Of a stretch of DNA of 64,000 nt, positions 37,855-48,299 are shown in pieces (the stretch's first letter is position 1; the number at the start of each line of letters is the position of its first letter). This DNA is from an uncultured bacterium. GTDB lineage: Bacteria > Patescibacteriota > Minisyncoccia > UBA6257 > GWB1-50-10. The stretch covers positions 244,994 to 308,993 of the forward strand of contig CAVRNT010000001.1 in assembly GCA_963722655.1 (NCBI GenBank), in the 5' to 3' direction. The position numbers were made by a program, and so were the translations under genes. Below the pieces are notes generated by a model. That model ran no database searches. It saw only the letters and a list, made by a program, of their open reading frames with translations, and was not told where the DNA came from.

Positions 37855-39111
37855 ATGTTGGATGTTAATTTAATCAGGGAAAAACCGGAGATCGTGAAGG
37901 AAGGCGTCGCGAAGAAGAACGCCGATCCGAAGATCGTGGACAAGTTCCTGCGCCTCGACGCCGACTGGCGGGTGCACACGAAGATCCTGGACGAGCTCAA
38001 GGGAGAGCAGAATGCCGTGAGCGAGGAATTGGCCAAGGAGCAGAAGGCCGACCTAATCAGCAAGGCCCAGCTCCTCAAGAAACGCATCACGGACATCGAG
38101 GCCGAGCGGGCGACGCTCGCCGGCAAGCGCGACGAACTCCTCGCCCGTTTGCCGAACCTGCCCTTCCCGGACGTCACGGTCGGCAAGGACGAGAGCGGCA
38201 ACAAGGTCATCCGCGAAGTGGGCAAGAAGCCCGATTTCGATTTTAAGCCACTGGATTATCTCGCCCTCGGCGAGAAGCTCGGCCTCATCGACGTCAAAAA
38301 GGCGGCGGCGGTCGCGGGCTCCCGCTTCGGGTATCTTTTGGGCGACGCGGTGCTTTTGGAATTCGCCCTCGTGAAGCTCGCGCTCACGACCCTTGCCAAA
38401 GAGGGCTTTACGCCCGTCGTGCCGCCGGATATGATCCGCGGCGAGGTTTATATGGAGATGGGTGCGCTCTCCGCGAAGGACAGGGAAGAAAGATATTACC
38501 TGCCCAAGGATGAACTTTATCTCATCGGTAGCGCCGAGCACACGCTGGGGCCGCTCCATATGGGGGACGTCTTGGACGAGAAAGACCTGCCGAAGCGCTA
38601 CGTCGGTTTTTCCGCCTGCTTCCGGCGCGAGGCCGGTTCGTACGGCAAGGACACCAAGGGCATCCTCCGCGTCCACCAGTTCGACAAGGTGGAGATGTTC
38701 TCCTTCGCCAAGCCCGAAGGCTCCGAGGAAGAACACAAGCATCTCTTGGGCTTTGAGGAAAAGCTGATGCAGAAACTGGAACTGCCTTATCGGACCCTTG
38801 AGATCTGCACCGGCGACATGGGCTGGGTCGGGGCGCGGCAGTACGACGTCGAGACCTGGTTCCCGAACCAAGGGGCGTATCGTGAGACCCACTCCTGCTC
38901 CAACACGACCGATTTCCAAGCGCGGGGGATCAACGCCAAATACAAAACGAAGGGCGGCAAGAAAGAGTTCGTCCACACCTTGAACGCGACCGCCTTCGCG
39001 ATCGGCCGGATGCTGGCCGCCATTTTCGAGAACTATCAGACGAAACAGGGGACGATCCGGGTGCCCAAAGTCCTCGTCCCGGACGTCGGCAAGGAAGAGA
39101 TCGGCGCTTAA
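37855..39111 (+). CDS. serS: Seryl-tRNA synthetase
   Basis: MLD...IR, FRREAGSYGKDTKG..RVHQF.KVE, HTLN.T. Confidence 0.97.
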   Translation: MLDVNLIREKPEIVKEGVAKKNADPKIVDKFLRLDADWRVHTKILDELKGEQNAVSEELAKEQKADLISKAQLLKKRITDIEAERATLAGKRDELLARLPNLPFPDVTVGKDESGNKVIREVGKKPDFDFKPLDYLALGEKLGLIDVKKAAAVAGSRFGYLLGDAVLLEFALVKLALTTLAKEGFTPVVPPDMIRGEVYMEMGALSAKDREERYYLPKDELYLIGSAEHTLGPLHMGDVLDEKDLPKRYVGFSACFRREAGSYGKDTKGILRVHQFDKVEMFSFAKPEGSEEEHKHLLGFEEKLMQKLELPYRTLEICTGDMGWVGARQYDVETWFPNQGAYRETHSCSNTTDFQARGINAKYKTKGGKKEFVHTLNATAFAIGRMLAAIFENYQTKQGTIRVPKVLVPDVGKEEIGA

Positions 39112-39117
39112 AAGAAT

Positions 39118-39732
39118 ATGAAATTCCTGCGCTGGATATTCTATCTTGCGCTCGCCGCCGCTATCATTTACGGCGCCTATCTCGTTTACATGAAATGGGT
39201 GAACGGTGAGCCCATCTCCAGTTTGTGGCGGACGGCGAAAGAATACGCTTCGAGCACCGAAAGCGCGGTGAATTCCACGACCAAGACGGTGAACGCCGTC
39301 CAGACCGGCATCGCAAGTGCCACAGACGCCTTCGCCGCCGCCAAAACGTCAATTGGCGGCGTTTTGAGCGGCCTCGGGAGCGCCATTGAGGATCTCGGGA
39401 CCGGAATTTCAGGCGCGACCTCAACCTCTCCGGTTGCGGCCGCCCCGTCTCCGACGGTCGGCCCGGCACCCGCTCCGTCGAGCGGCGCTTTTCTCGTCCC
39501 GCCGCCGCCCGCGACCGTGACGACGGCCGTCGGGGCCCCGCTCTACTTTTCCCTGAACAGCGGCCAAAGCTATTCGATCTCGTGGGGGGACGGCGCAACG
39601 GACGCCGGCAGCTTGAACGCGAGCGAAGTCACCGTCGTCAAGCACTCGTGGTCCGCCGCCGGCGACTACATCGTGAAGGTCACGATCGACGCGAGCTCTT
39701 ACACTTTTCCCATCCGCGTTTATAATCAGTAG
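39118..39732 (+). CDS. Membrane-anchored protein with a C-terminal PKD-like domain
   Basis: N-terminal TM, low-complexity linker, ISWGDG...HSW..AGDY.VKV. Confidence 0.7.
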   Translation: MKFLRWIFYLALAAAIIYGAYLVYMKWVNGEPISSLWRTAKEYASSTESAVNSTTKTVNAVQTGIASATDAFAAAKTSIGGVLSGLGSAIEDLGTGISGATSTSPVAAAPSPTVGPAPAPSSGAFLVPPPPATVTTAVGAPLYFSLNSGQSYSISWGDGATDAGSLNASEVTVVKHSWSAAGDYIVKVTIDASSYTFPIRVYNQ

Positions 39733-40533
39733 GTGATGCACGGTGGATACCAAGTGGGTCTTGTCTCCCGGCCGCGGCGGAAGCGCCGCCTTTTTTGGCT
39801 GATCTTTGGCGTCGGCGCCTTGCTCGTCGTTCTCGTCGGCGGTCTCTTTTACGCCCTGCGGAACGTCGCGTGGTTTCAGGTGGCCAAGTTCGACGTCACG
39901 GGGACGAGCTTGCCGGCCGACTCGGTCTTGAGCGCGCTCAAGGTCGCCGAAACGGGCAGCGGTTTACGCGGCCTCCTTGGCTCGGCGAACATCCTCTTTT
40001 GGCAGTTCGGCCGGCAGCCGGACGTTTCACTCAGCTTGCCCCTCGTCGCGAGCTTGGGGATCGAGCCGGACCTCTTCGCCCGGACCGTGAAGGTTTCGGC
40101 GACCGACCGGACGCTCTGGGGAATGGTCTGCGAATCGGGTGGAGTGACCTGCTACGGCGTTGACCAAAACGGCATCGTTTTCGCGCACGTTCCCCAAACG
40201 GAAGGGGTCTTGATACTCAAGGTAACGGACGCGAACGACCGGGCACTCATCCTCGGGGAGCCGTTTCTGCCTTCGCCCTCGTGGCTTCAGAACTTCATGG
40301 GCGTCCTGAACACCCTCGCCACGAGCGGTTACCCGGTCGCGAGCATCGCGATCGACGACTTCACGACGCACGCGTGGCACGCGACCCTCGCTTCGGGCCA
40401 GACGATGGATTTCAGCCTCGATTTCGTCCCGGCGAACTTCCGTTCGGTGCTTTCAGAGCTTAAGACCGAAATCAACTTCGCGAAGACGATGGACATCGAC
40501 TTCAGCGTCCCGCAGAGAATCTACTACAAATAA
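39733..40533 (+). CDS. FtsQ/DivIB-like cell division protein
   Basis: Basic N-terminus, TM, POTRA-like segment, C-terminal ID....RIYYK. Confidence 0.65.
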   Translation: MMHGGYQVGLVSRPRRKRRLFWLIFGVGALLVVLVGGLFYALRNVAWFQVAKFDVTGTSLPADSVLSALKVAETGSGLRGLLGSANILFWQFGRQPDVSLSLPLVASLGIEPDLFARTVKVSATDRTLWGMVCESGGVTCYGVDQNGIVFAHVPQTEGVLILKVTDANDRALILGEPFLPSPSWLQNFMGVLNTLATSGYPVASIAIDDFTTHAWHATLASGQTMDFSLDFVPANFRSVLSELKTEINFAKTMDIDFSVPQRIYYK

Positions 40534-40534
40534 A

Positions 40535-40966
40535 ATGGAAAAAGGAGTAGATTGTACCGGCATTACGATCGTCTTCTTCTGTCATGATGGGCAGGGAAAT
40601 TTCCTTTTTGGAAAAAGAGGGGCTAATGCTCGGGACGAAAATGGGTGCTGGGATGTTGGCGCCGGCGCATTGGAATTTGATGAAACGGTAGAGAACACGC
40701 TCCGCCGCGAAGTCAAAGAAGAATACTGCACTGATGTACTGGGTTACGAATTTTTGGGCTTTCACGACGTCCATCGGGAGTCCAAAAGCAGAAAGACCCA
40801 TTGGGTCGCCTTGGTTTTTAAAGTGCTTATTGACCGCGACAAGGTCAAAAATGGTGAGCCGCACAAGCTTGATGAAATCGGTTGGTTCAAATTGAATAAC
40901 CTTCCCCAGCCGCTCCATTCGCAGGGACCGGAGTTCCTTAAGCTCTTCAAGGACAAGTTACTTTAG
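40535..40966 (+). CDS. NUDIX hydrolase
   Basis: GALEFDETVENTLRREVKEEY. Confidence 0.88.
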   Translation: MEKGVDCTGITIVFFCHDGQGNFLFGKRGANARDENGCWDVGAGALEFDETVENTLRREVKEEYCTDVLGYEFLGFHDVHRESKSRKTHWVALVFKVLIDRDKVKNGEPHKLDEIGWFKLNNLPQPLHSQGPEFLKLFKDKLL

Positions 40967-42781
40967 GTAATACACGAATATCGACGTGCCCACGCGGTAA
41001 TCGGGAGTCGGTACGCCGCCCAAGCCCGGCTGGAGTGGCTTCGCGAGGACGAGCCAGGAATAGGTGTCCGCGCTGTCACGGGTGACGCTCCCGCCCAGAG
41101 AATTTACCGCGCCCTCGAGCGTGTTCACCGAGACGGCGAGATAATGGATGCCTTGAGAGCGCGGGTCGCCTTGCTTGGACGACCAGTCCACCTCTTTGTC
41201 GCCCAAGTAATACTTCGGGTTCCCGCCGCCGAAGTAGTCCACGGCGATCTTCTGGATGTCATGCTCCTCGACGAAGGTCACGAGCCGCTTCAGGTCCTGC
41301 CCCCAGTCGTAGTTGGAGTCGTCGACGATGCGGTAACCATTTATCGTCCCGCCCGCGAACTCGTTGAAATAGGAGAGGAAATACGGGTAGGCGAAGGCGG
41401 TCTCGGCGCCCGCCCAGACGATAAGGACGATCAAAATGCTGCCCGCGACCCGCGCGGTCCTTTGGCCGCTTTCCGCGAAGAAGGATTTCAAGCTGCCGGC
41501 GGCCAAGACATAGAGCAGGGGAATGGTCGGTAAAAGGTGCCGGATGCCGATGTTCAGAGGGCTATGAATGCTGTAGGCCCAGTAGACGATGACGGTCAAT
41601 ATCATCGCGAATTCGGCGAGGTGGGTGCCGATGTAGTCGGCGAAGCTTTTGAAGCGCCCGCTCCGAAAAATTTTAGCGAAGAACCGCCGCAAGCCGAAGA
41701 CGAGGCCCAAAAAGACGATGACGAGCGCCGGGATGGTCTCCTTGAGGCCGAAAAGGACGGGGAAGTAGTTCCACCAGCCGGCATTCGAGACCTGGCCGAG
41801 GAAGTAATCGGTGTTGCCACCAGCGGAACGGGTGAAGGCCATCAAGACCCCGAGGAAATATTGGGCGATGGGGCGGGTCGCAACATTTCCCGCGATAGCG
41901 ATCTCGGCGTTCGCAACGGCCTTCACCTGGAAGCCGCTCATAATAGAAGTCGTATCGGAGACCTGTTTCTCCATCGGATAGTTCCAAGTGAAGACGAAGT
42001 AGACGGCGTAGATAACGGCGAGAGCGATGAGGAAGATGAGAAGAATCCTGCCGATGAATTTGAAGAACTCTTTCGGCCGGAACCTCTTTTTGCGGATCCA
42101 TTCACCGATCCAGAAGAAGATAAAGAGGAGGACAAAGAGGGGGATGAGGAGGGCCGTAGAGAACTTGGCGAGTTCGGCGACGCCCAGCAGCAGTCCGGCG
42201 ATCACGATCCGGCCGGCGGTCGGGCGCTCCAAGAATCGGACGAAGCTCCAAAGGCCGATCAGGAAACCGAAGGCGGCCGCCATGTCGGTCGTCACGTAAT
42301 GGCCGTGAGCGAGAACGGTCGGGGAGAGGGCGAAGAGGAAGGTTGGTAGGAGCGCCCAAAGCGGGCCGACGAGGGCGCGCGACCAGAGGTAAACGATGAG
42401 GATCGTGATGAGCGTGAGGATGATGGGGAAGAGCCGCGCCGTTTGGACGATCTGGTCGGCATTGTTGCCCGACTGGTACAAAAATTGCGTGCCGACGTCC
42501 CATTCGCCGTTCACGTCGGTCTGCCAGTGGACGCTCGCTGTCGGGAAATTTAGCTTCAAGGTAAGGAGAGGCAGAGTGGCGAGAGCTTTGAGGAGCGGAG
42601 GATGCTCGGGGTTCAGCCGGTAGTCCAAGAAGCGGGCGTAGCCGTACCCGGCCGGGATGTGGGCCAGCTCGTCCATCGTGGCCGATTCCCCTTGGGAAAC
42701 GGTGAACATCAAAAAGGCCGCGGCGGCGAGAATTAGGACAAGGGGAAGGATCTTTAAAGCAGCGCTGGGCTTGAAGGACAT
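40958..42781 (-). CDS. GT-C glycosyltransferase (family 39 / ArnT-PMT-like)
   Basis: TMDELAHI, EHPPL.K, many TMs, DSNYDWGQDL. Confidence 0.88.
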   Translation of the reverse strand: MSFKPSAALKILPLVLILAAAAFLMFTVSQGESATMDELAHIPAGYGYARFLDYRLNPEHPPLLKALATLPLLTLKLNFPTASVHWQTDVNGEWDVGTQFLYQSGNNADQIVQTARLFPIILTLITILIVYLWSRALVGPLWALLPTFLFALSPTVLAHGHYVTTDMAAAFGFLIGLWSFVRFLERPTAGRIVIAGLLLGVAELAKFSTALLIPLFVLLFIFFWIGEWIRKKRFRPKEFFKFIGRILLIFLIALAVIYAVYFVFTWNYPMEKQVSDTTSIMSGFQVKAVANAEIAIAGNVATRPIAQYFLGVLMAFTRSAGGNTDYFLGQVSNAGWWNYFPVLFGLKETIPALVIVFLGLVFGLRRFFAKIFRSGRFKSFADYIGTHLAEFAMILTVIVYWAYSIHSPLNIGIRHLLPTIPLLYVLAAGSLKSFFAESGQRTARVAGSILIVLIVWAGAETAFAYPYFLSYFNEFAGGTINGYRIVDDSNYDWGQDLKRLVTFVEEHDIQKIAVDYFGGGNPKYYLGDKEVDWSSKQGDPRSQGIHYLAVSVNTLEGAVNSLGGSVTRDSADTYSWLVLAKPLQPGLGGVPTPDYRVGTSIFVYYLK

Positions 42782-42825
42782 TTGGTATAATTATAGCAAT
42801 AAGCGGCGCTACGATAAGATTATCT

Positions 42826-43632
42826 ATGGATAAAAAACGAACGGAATCCGGTTTCTCCTTGGTGGAGCTTTTGATCTACATCGCAATCTTCGCCATCACG
42901 GCGGTCTTTATGGTTGCCATTCTCACGACCATCACCCGCATTCAGAACCGCCAATCCACCCAGAACGCGGTGGCGAGCCAGATCGATTTTGTCTCGAATG
43001 AAGTGACCCAGCTCGTCCACACCTCGAGCTTTGTCGACATGACGGTCGGCTCTGCGACCACCACCTTGAAGCTCCGGATGCCGCAGGCCGTCTACGACCC
43101 GACCTTGGTCTATTCGTCCGGCACGGCGATTTATCTTGCCCAAGGGACGAGCTCACCGGTCGCCCTCACGAACTCCACTGTCACGGTCGGGAATTTCCAG
43201 GCGACCAAGTACGAGAACCCCGGCGGGCCGGCGGTCGTCCAACTGGACATTAGTATGACCTACAACTCCACGAACCCGCAGGCGGCGGTCACCCAGACAT
43301 TGGACACGGCGATCGCCCGGGTCTCGGCGGCCTCGTTCGATTCCTCGGTCTATCCGACGGCCACGGGCACCATTACCATCGGCACCTCCCAGAACCCGTG
43401 GTACACTGGCTACTTCAACAACAACGTGACGATCGGCGGCCAGTACGGCCAGATCGCGCTCGGGACGACCTTCTCCGGTTCCACGAACGTCCTGCTCAAG
43501 GTGAACGGCAACATCGGCTTTTCGGCGACGGGGCAGGGGATCATCCTCTACGCGCCCAACGGCACCTCCTGCTTCCTCCTCGGCGTCTCGAACTCCGGCA
43601 TCGTGACGACCTCGACCATCACCTGCCCGTAG
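42826..43632 (+). CDS. Type IV pilin-like protein
   Basis: Class III signal peptide GFSLVELLIYIAI. Confidence 0.88.
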   Translation: MDKKRTESGFSLVELLIYIAIFAITAVFMVAILTTITRIQNRQSTQNAVASQIDFVSNEVTQLVHTSSFVDMTVGSATTTLKLRMPQAVYDPTLVYSSGTAIYLAQGTSSPVALTNSTVTVGNFQATKYENPGGPAVVQLDISMTYNSTNPQAAVTQTLDTAIARVSAASFDSSVYPTATGTITIGTSQNPWYTGYFNNNVTIGGQYGQIALGTTFSGSTNVLLKVNGNIGFSATGQGIILYAPNGTSCFLLGVSNSGIVTTSTITCP

Positions 43633-43742
43633 TCAGATCCGTTTCCGCCGGACCGGACTTGTCTACCCGGTCTTTTTAGTACATACTTTTCAAAAGCACC
43701 CCACAAAAGAATAAATCTGACAAAATAAACTTGGAGGTTTCC

Positions 43743-44246
43743 ATGAATTTTCTGATCGTCCTATTCCTGATCGTTGCCGCTATTTTCTCCCGTTTTCTGC
43801 CGCATCCCCCGAACTTCACACCGGTCATCGCCGTGATGTTATTCTCCGGAACGTATTTTAAAAAAGGATACGCTCTGTTCATCCCGCTCACGGTGATGCT
43901 CGTAAGTGACGCCTGCATTGGCTTTTATGATGTCTGCATGATGGTCGCTGTCTACGCGTCACTCGGCCTTGTAACCCTCTTCGGCGCCGCTTTGAATAAA
44001 AGGTTCGCGTTCAGTGGAGTGATGTATTACTCGCTTCTCGGATCGATCCTGTTCTTTATTGTGACCAACTTCGCCGTCTGGGCCTTCGGCTCGATGTATC
44101 CGATGACGTTTGCTGGTCTGGTCGAATGCTACACCCTCGCCATTCCGTTCTTCGAGAACGCTCTTGGGAGCACGCTTGTCTACGGAGCCGTGCTCTTCGG
44201 GATATACGAATTGAAGAAAGCCGTTTTTGAAATGGCTCTTGCTTGA
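43743..44246 (+). CDS. DUF6580-like putative ECF-type transport membrane protein
   Basis: RFLPHPPNFTPV.A..LFSG, FFIVTNFAVW, CY..AIPFF. Confidence 0.8.
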   Translation: MNFLIVLFLIVAAIFSRFLPHPPNFTPVIAVMLFSGTYFKKGYALFIPLTVMLVSDACIGFYDVCMMVAVYASLGLVTLFGAALNKRFAFSGVMYYSLLGSILFFIVTNFAVWAFGSMYPMTFAGLVECYTLAIPFFENALGSTLVYGAVLFGIYELKKAVFEMALA

Positions 44247-44270
44247 GTGTCCATCGGAAACAGATCTCTA

Positions 44271-44305
44271 CCCCACACCATAACATTCGGTGTGGGGATT
44301 TTTTT
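44271..44305 (+). terminator. Intrinsic terminator / REP-like hairpin
   Basis: ccccacacc-N9-ggtgtgggg followed by a T run. Confidence 0.7.
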
Positions 44306-44357
44306 GACAATCCGTCCAATGAGCGTTAGGTTAGGGAGAGGAAATTAAGAAAGGACG

Positions 44358-45365
44358 TTGATCAAAATGAACAATGGCATGAAGAGGTTCAAAGGCCCGG
44401 ATGGACTAAAACAATACCTAAGCCCCCAAGGGTTCAATGGTTCAATGGTCGAATTGCCTCTGGCGTTCAACCCGTTTTACGAGGACGGCGTTCGCATTTC
44501 GGCGATGATTTTATACAACAACCCAACGCTGAGCGGAAAATTCTTCCCGGCCGCGAACATGCTCCAGAAGGCGAAGGAAAGCGGGAAGTTGACCGGTAAA
44601 AAGGTGGTGAAGGAGGCATCGAGTGGGAACATGGCCGGGTCGTTCGGGATGCTTTCGTGGTCCTATGGCATAGAGAGGGTGGTGGCGATCGTCCCGCCAA
44701 ACATAGCGGCCGGCAAGAAGAAGCTGCTTGAGGTTCTCGGATTAGAGGTTATCGTCGATTCCAACGGCATTGAAAAGGCCAAAGAACTGAATTCTCAAGA
44801 TGAGATCAATTTGTGGCAATACGGGAATTCCGATAACCCGGCCGGTTACGAGGAATTCCTCGCGCCGGAGCTCTGGGAACTCTCCGAAGGTAAAATATCC
44901 CTTTTTGTCGCCGGTCTCGGTACGACGGGAACGATGCAGGGTGTCGCCAATTATCTCAAGAAACTGAAAGCGCCGACCAAGACGCTCGGCGTCATCACGT
45001 CTCCCGGGGAAATAGTGCCTGGCGTTCGCACCGACGAGCGGCTGAAAGAGGTCAGCTTTGATTGGAAAGATTCCGTCGACTTTACGACCTACGTCGGGAA
45101 AGACGATTCGATGGTCTTGAGTTTGGCGCTTAGTCGTATGGGGCTCTTGGCCGGTCCCAGTTCCGGTTTCGCTCTGGCGGGCCTGCTCCAGTTCATCGCG
45201 GAAAATAAGACAAAGCTGGACGATCTCAGGAACGCGGACGGGGAAGTGGATACGATGTTCATCTGTTTCGACACTTTACTGCCCTATCTTGACGATTATC
45301 TTCCGTACGTGCCGGGCCTGAAGGATCGTTTAGTGAAATATTTCGGATCGCTGAAGCGGACTTAG
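44358..45365 (+). CDS. PLP-dependent cysteine synthase family protein
   Basis: NPTLSGK, EASSGN, QYGN..NP, GLGTTGT, GPSSG. Confidence 0.85.
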   Translation: MIKMNNGMKRFKGPDGLKQYLSPQGFNGSMVELPLAFNPFYEDGVRISAMILYNNPTLSGKFFPAANMLQKAKESGKLTGKKVVKEASSGNMAGSFGMLSWSYGIERVVAIVPPNIAAGKKKLLEVLGLEVIVDSNGIEKAKELNSQDEINLWQYGNSDNPAGYEEFLAPELWELSEGKISLFVAGLGTTGTMQGVANYLKKLKAPTKTLGVITSPGEIVPGVRTDERLKEVSFDWKDSVDFTTYVGKDDSMVLSLALSRMGLLAGPSSGFALAGLLQFIAENKTKLDDLRNADGEVDTMFICFDTLLPYLDDYLPYVPGLKDRLVKYFGSLKRT

Positions 45366-45411
45366 GTCCGCTTTTTTTTATAATGCAGGGGACGTGCTAT
45401 ACTCCAAAGAT

Positions 45412-46197
45412 ATGAAGATCTCTCCCAAGAACATTGTTGTGACCGTCGTAACGGTCATCGTCGCCCTCCTCGTCATTTATTTTTGGGGCACGGCGCCGGC
45501 CCCAAAGATCGCCCCACTGGGGGATTTTACCGTCGCCTCGACGACCTTGAGCGATAGCGGAATGATCGCCGGGCAAAGTTACACCGTGACCGTCTACTAT
45601 CCGGTCGTCTCCGGCGCCCAGAATGCCGCGACCTTCAATGCCTACGCTTTAACACTCGTCCGGAGCCAGGTGGACGATTTTAAGACGGCCGTTTCCCAAA
45701 GCGACGTTTCCAATCTACCGCCAGAGATCAAAAACCTCGCGAACACGTTCAACATCCGGTATTCGGTTGACGGCACCTCGACCGACTACGTGAGCGTCCT
45801 CTTCGGTTCCGAAACTTACCTGCTCGGTATGGCCCATCCGGCACACCTCTTAACCTCGTTGAACGTCGACCTGCGGAGCGGCGCCGTCATCGGCCTCACC
45901 GACCTTTTCAAGCCCGGCAGCGATTATTTGCAAAAGCTTTCCGACATTTCCACGGCCGATCTTTTATCCCAGATCCAGAGCGGTGAGTACGGTTCGACGC
46001 CCGACTTCCTTTCCCAGACGGGCGGCGCCTCGGCCAGTGCCGATAACTTCCAGGTCTTCGGTCTTTCGCCCCAAGGCCTCGTCATCCACTTCCAGGATTA
46101 CCAGGTCGGTCCCGGCGCCGCCGGCCCCGCAACCGTCGTCATTCCTTACGGTGACCTGAAGGACGTCGCCGCCCCCGGCGGGTTTCTAGATAAATAA
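45412..46197 (+). CDS. DUF3298/RsiV-like exported protein
   Basis: N-terminal TM, G.AHP, LTDLF, F..YQVGP.A.G. Confidence 0.75.
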   Translation: MKISPKNIVVTVVTVIVALLVIYFWGTAPAPKIAPLGDFTVASTTLSDSGMIAGQSYTVTVYYPVVSGAQNAATFNAYALTLVRSQVDDFKTAVSQSDVSNLPPEIKNLANTFNIRYSVDGTSTDYVSVLFGSETYLLGMAHPAHLLTSLNVDLRSGAVIGLTDLFKPGSDYLQKLSDISTADLLSQIQSGEYGSTPDFLSQTGGASASADNFQVFGLSPQGLVIHFQDYQVGPGAAGPATVVIPYGDLKDVAAPGGFLDK

Positions 46198-46199
46198 CG

Positions 46200-46955
46200 A
46201 TGAAATTGATCTTCAACAAAGTGACAACCTTCTCCCGCATCTTCGCCATCATCATAATGGTCGCCTTGCCGTTCTGGGGTTTCTACGTCGGCTACGAGTA
46301 CGGTCTCGTCCAAGTGCCGGCCGCACCCGTGAGTGGTTCCACCCTCTCGAATGCGGCACCCGTGATGTCCTACGGGACGGCCTCGGGCACCGTCGTTTAC
46401 GCGCCCTTCGAGCCGAAGACCTACTCGACGAGTTTCTACAGTAAGGGCGTCGGGCCGCTCTACTCCTACTCCTTTTCTTATCCGCGCGATTTTGGTCTCG
46501 CGACCGGCGACCAGGCCTCGGCCGGGAGTTTCTTGATGGATGCCGCCCAAGTTTCTGTCCGCACGCCGTCGGACGCTTTCCAAAATCCCAAGTCCAATTT
46601 CGGCGATGCGTCCTTCGTCGTTTCCGTCGCCTCCGGCGCAACCGCCATTGCCGATTGTTACGACATGCCGCAAGGGGCGCGCGGCGGCACTGCCGCAACG
46701 TCCACCGTGACGGTGAACGGCCAGCAATTCGTGGCGTCCGCGACGACTGGCGTCGGCGCGGGGCAGATCTACGACTCCCGGATCTACCGAACCGTCTTCA
46801 ATAACTTCTGCTTCGAAGCCGCGCTCACGGTCCACACCGGGAACATCGGGATGTACACGCCCGGCACCGTCGTCCAGTTCGACGAGAGTAAGGCCTTCGG
46901 CGTTTTGGGTACGATCCTGAACTCTCTAAAGATCAGCACGAGCACTTTGCAGTGA
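46200..46955 (+). CDS. Hypothetical membrane-anchored protein
   Basis: VTTFSR..A.....LPF.GF..G..Y N-terminus; operonic with the previous gene. Confidence 0.7.
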   Translation: MKLIFNKVTTFSRIFAIIIMVALPFWGFYVGYEYGLVQVPAAPVSGSTLSNAAPVMSYGTASGTVVYAPFEPKTYSTSFYSKGVGPLYSYSFSYPRDFGLATGDQASAGSFLMDAAQVSVRTPSDAFQNPKSNFGDASFVVSVASGATAIADCYDMPQGARGGTAATSTVTVNGQQFVASATTGVGAGQIYDSRIYRTVFNNFCFEAALTVHTGNIGMYTPGTVVQFDESKAFGVLGTILNSLKISTSTLQ

Positions 46956-46958
46956 GAA

Positions 46959-47177
46959 ATGAGGATCTTCGTTAAGGTCAAACCGAACGCGAAAGCGGAA
47001 CGGGTCTCGCGTCTGGATGAGAATCATTTTTCGATATCGGTGAAAGAATCGCCTAAGGAGGGGCGGGCGAATACGGCGGTCGTAAGGGCGCTCGCGGCAG
47101 AGCTCGGAGTTGCGCCGTCGCACATCGCTCTCGTCTCCGGCGCGGCATCGCGCGAAAAAGCGTTCGAAGTAAATTAA
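46959..47177 (+). CDS. DUF167 (YggU) family protein
   Basis: VKVKPNAK, P.EGRAN, G..SREK. Confidence 0.9.
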   Translation: MRIFVKVKPNAKAERVSRLDENHFSISVKESPKEGRANTAVVRALAAELGVAPSHIALVSGAASREKAFEVN

Positions 47178-47749
47178 GAAAGCGCCGCGATCACTTCGGC
47201 GGTCTTTTTGACCAAGCCGATGCGGGGGAAAACGGTCTTGAAGACGAAGTTGTGTTCCTCCGCGCTCATCGCCGCGCAGGCGTCCTCGACCAAGATTTGG
47301 TCGTAACCGTATTCATAGGCGAAACGGGCGGTGCTCTCGACGCCGATATTCGTCGAGATACCGCAGAGGATTATCGTTCTCACGCCGCGGCGGCGCAGTT
47401 CCAAGTCGATCTCCGTGCCGTAAAAGGCGCCCCACTGGCGTTTGGTGATGACGAGATCGCCCGGCTGCGGTCCCATCTCGGGGACGATCTCGGCCCAATC
47501 CGGCGGAGGCGTCGGCCGCTGCATTTGGACGTCAGCGGCCGGGTGGAGGGCGTCTTTGCCGTCCGGCGAAGGAGTTACGCGCACTAGGAAGACCGGCATC
47601 CCGTTTTTGCGGCAAGCGTCGGCGAGCGCGGCAGCGTTCCTCACGACCTCCGCTCCGGAGTGAGGCGCCCGCTCACCGGAGACGATGCCTTTTTGGAGGT
47701 CGATGACGACCAAGGCGGTCGTCATCCTGTCTATTTTGGTTTCGTTCAT
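47174..47749 (-). CDS. Isochorismatase family hydrolase
   Basis: ALVVIDLQ, KRQWGAFYGT, GISTNIGVESTAR. Confidence 0.92.
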   Translation of the reverse strand: MNETKIDRMTTALVVIDLQKGIVSGERAPHSGAEVVRNAAALADACRKNGMPVFLVRVTPSPDGKDALHPAADVQMQRPTPPPDWAEIVPEMGPQPGDLVITKRQWGAFYGTEIDLELRRRGVRTIILCGISTNIGVESTARFAYEYGYDQILVEDACAAMSAEEHNFVFKTVFPRIGLVKKTAEVIAALS

Positions 47750-47750
47750 A

Positions 47751-48263
47751 TCAGTTAATACGGAAGAAATAGCCGATTGCGACGCCGACGGCGATTGCGA
47801 TACCTCCCAAAAGGAGCATCTCCAGTCCTTTCTTCCAGAGATTTAGCTTGACTAATTTGGCGTTCACGATGCCCAAGATGAAGAGCGTGATGAGGGAAAG
47901 GACGACCGAGACGATGAAGCCGACGCTTTGAACCGCGACGATGTACGGAAAGAGAGGAATGAAGCCGGCAACGGCGAAGGAGAGGAACATAATGACCCCG
48001 TCCTTGAATGAGCGGCGGACCGCCCTCTTGTTCTCCTCGGAAAGATATTCGGCGCCGGAGTGCTCCGAAAGGAAGCTGCCGACTGCCATGGAAAAGGCCT
48101 CGACGAAGAGGTAAATCATCCCGGTCCCGAGGATCGCGCCGCGCGAGGCGCCGGCGGCGTCGAGCCCCGCGAGGAGGCCGACGGTGGAGACCAAGCTGTC
48201 CTCTACGCCGAAGGTGAAGCTCCGAATGTATGAAGCGAAAGATTGCTTTTCCTCCTCTAACAT
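47751..48263 (-). CDS. VIT1/CCC1 family metal transporter
   Basis: FGVEDSLVST, AFSMAVGSFLS. Confidence 0.88.
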   Translation of the reverse strand: MLEEEKQSFASYIRSFTFGVEDSLVSTVGLLAGLDAAGASRGAILGTGMIYLFVEAFSMAVGSFLSEHSGAEYLSEENKRAVRRSFKDGVIMFLSFAVAGFIPLFPYIVAVQSVGFIVSVVLSLITLFILGIVNAKLVKLNLWKKGLEMLLLGGIAIAVGVAIGYFFRIN

Positions 48264-48299
48264 CTTCCTTATCTTATCATAAAAAGCGATAATGTATTC

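Noticed and set aside
43633-43742. Cobalamin riboswitch upstream of the putative transporter
   Set aside because: The region is too short and has no recognisable B12-box.
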